A stretch of 63,197 bases of DNA, filler included, from Octopus bimaculoides (taxonomy: Eukaryota), in assembly GCF_001194135.2 (NCBI RefSeq). It is 7 parts of 7 records of this genome, joined end to end, with 100 filler letters (N's around TTAATTAATTAA, not from the genome) between each part and the next. Parts side by side here need not be neighbours in the genome. Positions count along the whole stretch, not along the records: positions 60,419 to 63,197 come from NC_069001.1; 6 more parts are not named here. One strand, written 5' to 3'. Shown in pieces: positions 62,705 to 63,197 of the stretch. Below the pieces are notes generated by a model, which had not been told where the DNA came from, searched no databases, and worked only from the letters and a program-made list of their open reading frames with translations. The position numbers were made by a program, and so were the translations under genes. Every line of letters begins with the position of its first letter. Positions within the stretch are counted from its first letter, which is position 1.

Positions 62705-62848
62705 AGAATCAAAATTAAAAGAAGAGTCTCACTGTTAACTAGTGAACGAGATTTCGACATCTTGTGTGTCTTCAACTGGTTCAAAAAATAAAAATTGTCA
62801 ATCTACTTCATTTTGGTCAATATAGAAAGGAATGGGGTACCTCCTCCT

Positions 62849-63197
62849 GAATCTATTAGGTTTAGTAAAGAACTAGCGATAGATCGAAATAGAATAGAGG
62901 GAGACTTAGTCAAGAAACTAGAAGAGGCACTTACAACTGGCAGCGCAACCAACGTTTTGGCTGTGAGGATGGCCCTCGACCAACACCTCAACGCCAGACA
63001 CGAAGGTTGCGTCGTCAGAGCTAAAATGCGTGCCTTAAGGAACGAAGGGATCGAAGCTGCGCGAGAAGCCCGGGTGGAAGAGGCGCAACGCGGTGACAGA
63101 GCCACCATCCGGTCTCTAATCGATGAACAGGGATGCAGTTTACTCGAACCCGAAAGGATGTGTGGGGGCCTTTCAACAGCACTTTGCTCGACTGTTT
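62849..63197 (+). mobile_element. L1/Tx1-type LINE ORF2 fragment (endonuclease-RT linker)
   Basis: Open frame ESIRFSKELAIDRNRIEGDLVKKLEE..HEGCVVRAKMRALRNEG..IRSLIDEQG..ERMCG then (frameshift) FQQHFARLF; matches the G..IRS...GE / F..FY..LF linker pattern. Runs off the window. Confidence 0.65.

Noticed and set aside
1-63197. CRISPR array, rRNA or prokaryotic operon
   Set aside because: No repeat-spacer arrays with unique spacers, no rRNA-like sequence; the architecture is entirely eukaryotic repeat-rich DNA.

Overview
A gappy (many N runs), repeat-saturated animal genomic window. The SINE/MITE complement and the dense (CA)n/(TA)n/(GA)n/(TAA)n microsatellites look like octopus (coleoid cephalopod) DNA; this is recognition, not proof. 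Six identical 100-bp artificial spacers (44 N + TTAATTAATTAA + 44 N) divide it into seven blocks of uncertain order. No intact host protein-coding ORF is present. Recognisable coding remnants are all transposon-derived: a Tc1 transposase pseudogene, three mariner pieces, an RTE reverse-transcriptase fragment, two Penelope-like GIY-YIG endonuclease ends and an L1/Tx1 ORF2 fragment. Dozens of tRNA-derived SINEs from several modular families and hAT/TTAA-type MITEs fill the rest. The most interesting non-obvious signals are: (1) a run of + strand candidate microexons (33, 27, 9/33/42, 3, 12 and 15 nt, all multiples of 3, plus a 28-nt one in another block) in CpG-depleted, gene-body-like blocks; (2) a type I minimal hammerhead ribozyme with all catalytic core nucleotides intact at 45428-45530, on the same strand as those exons; (3) a 346-bp foldback hairpin and several inverted SINE pairs that would make intronic dsRNA. 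All of these are sequence-pattern inferences and need RNA data.
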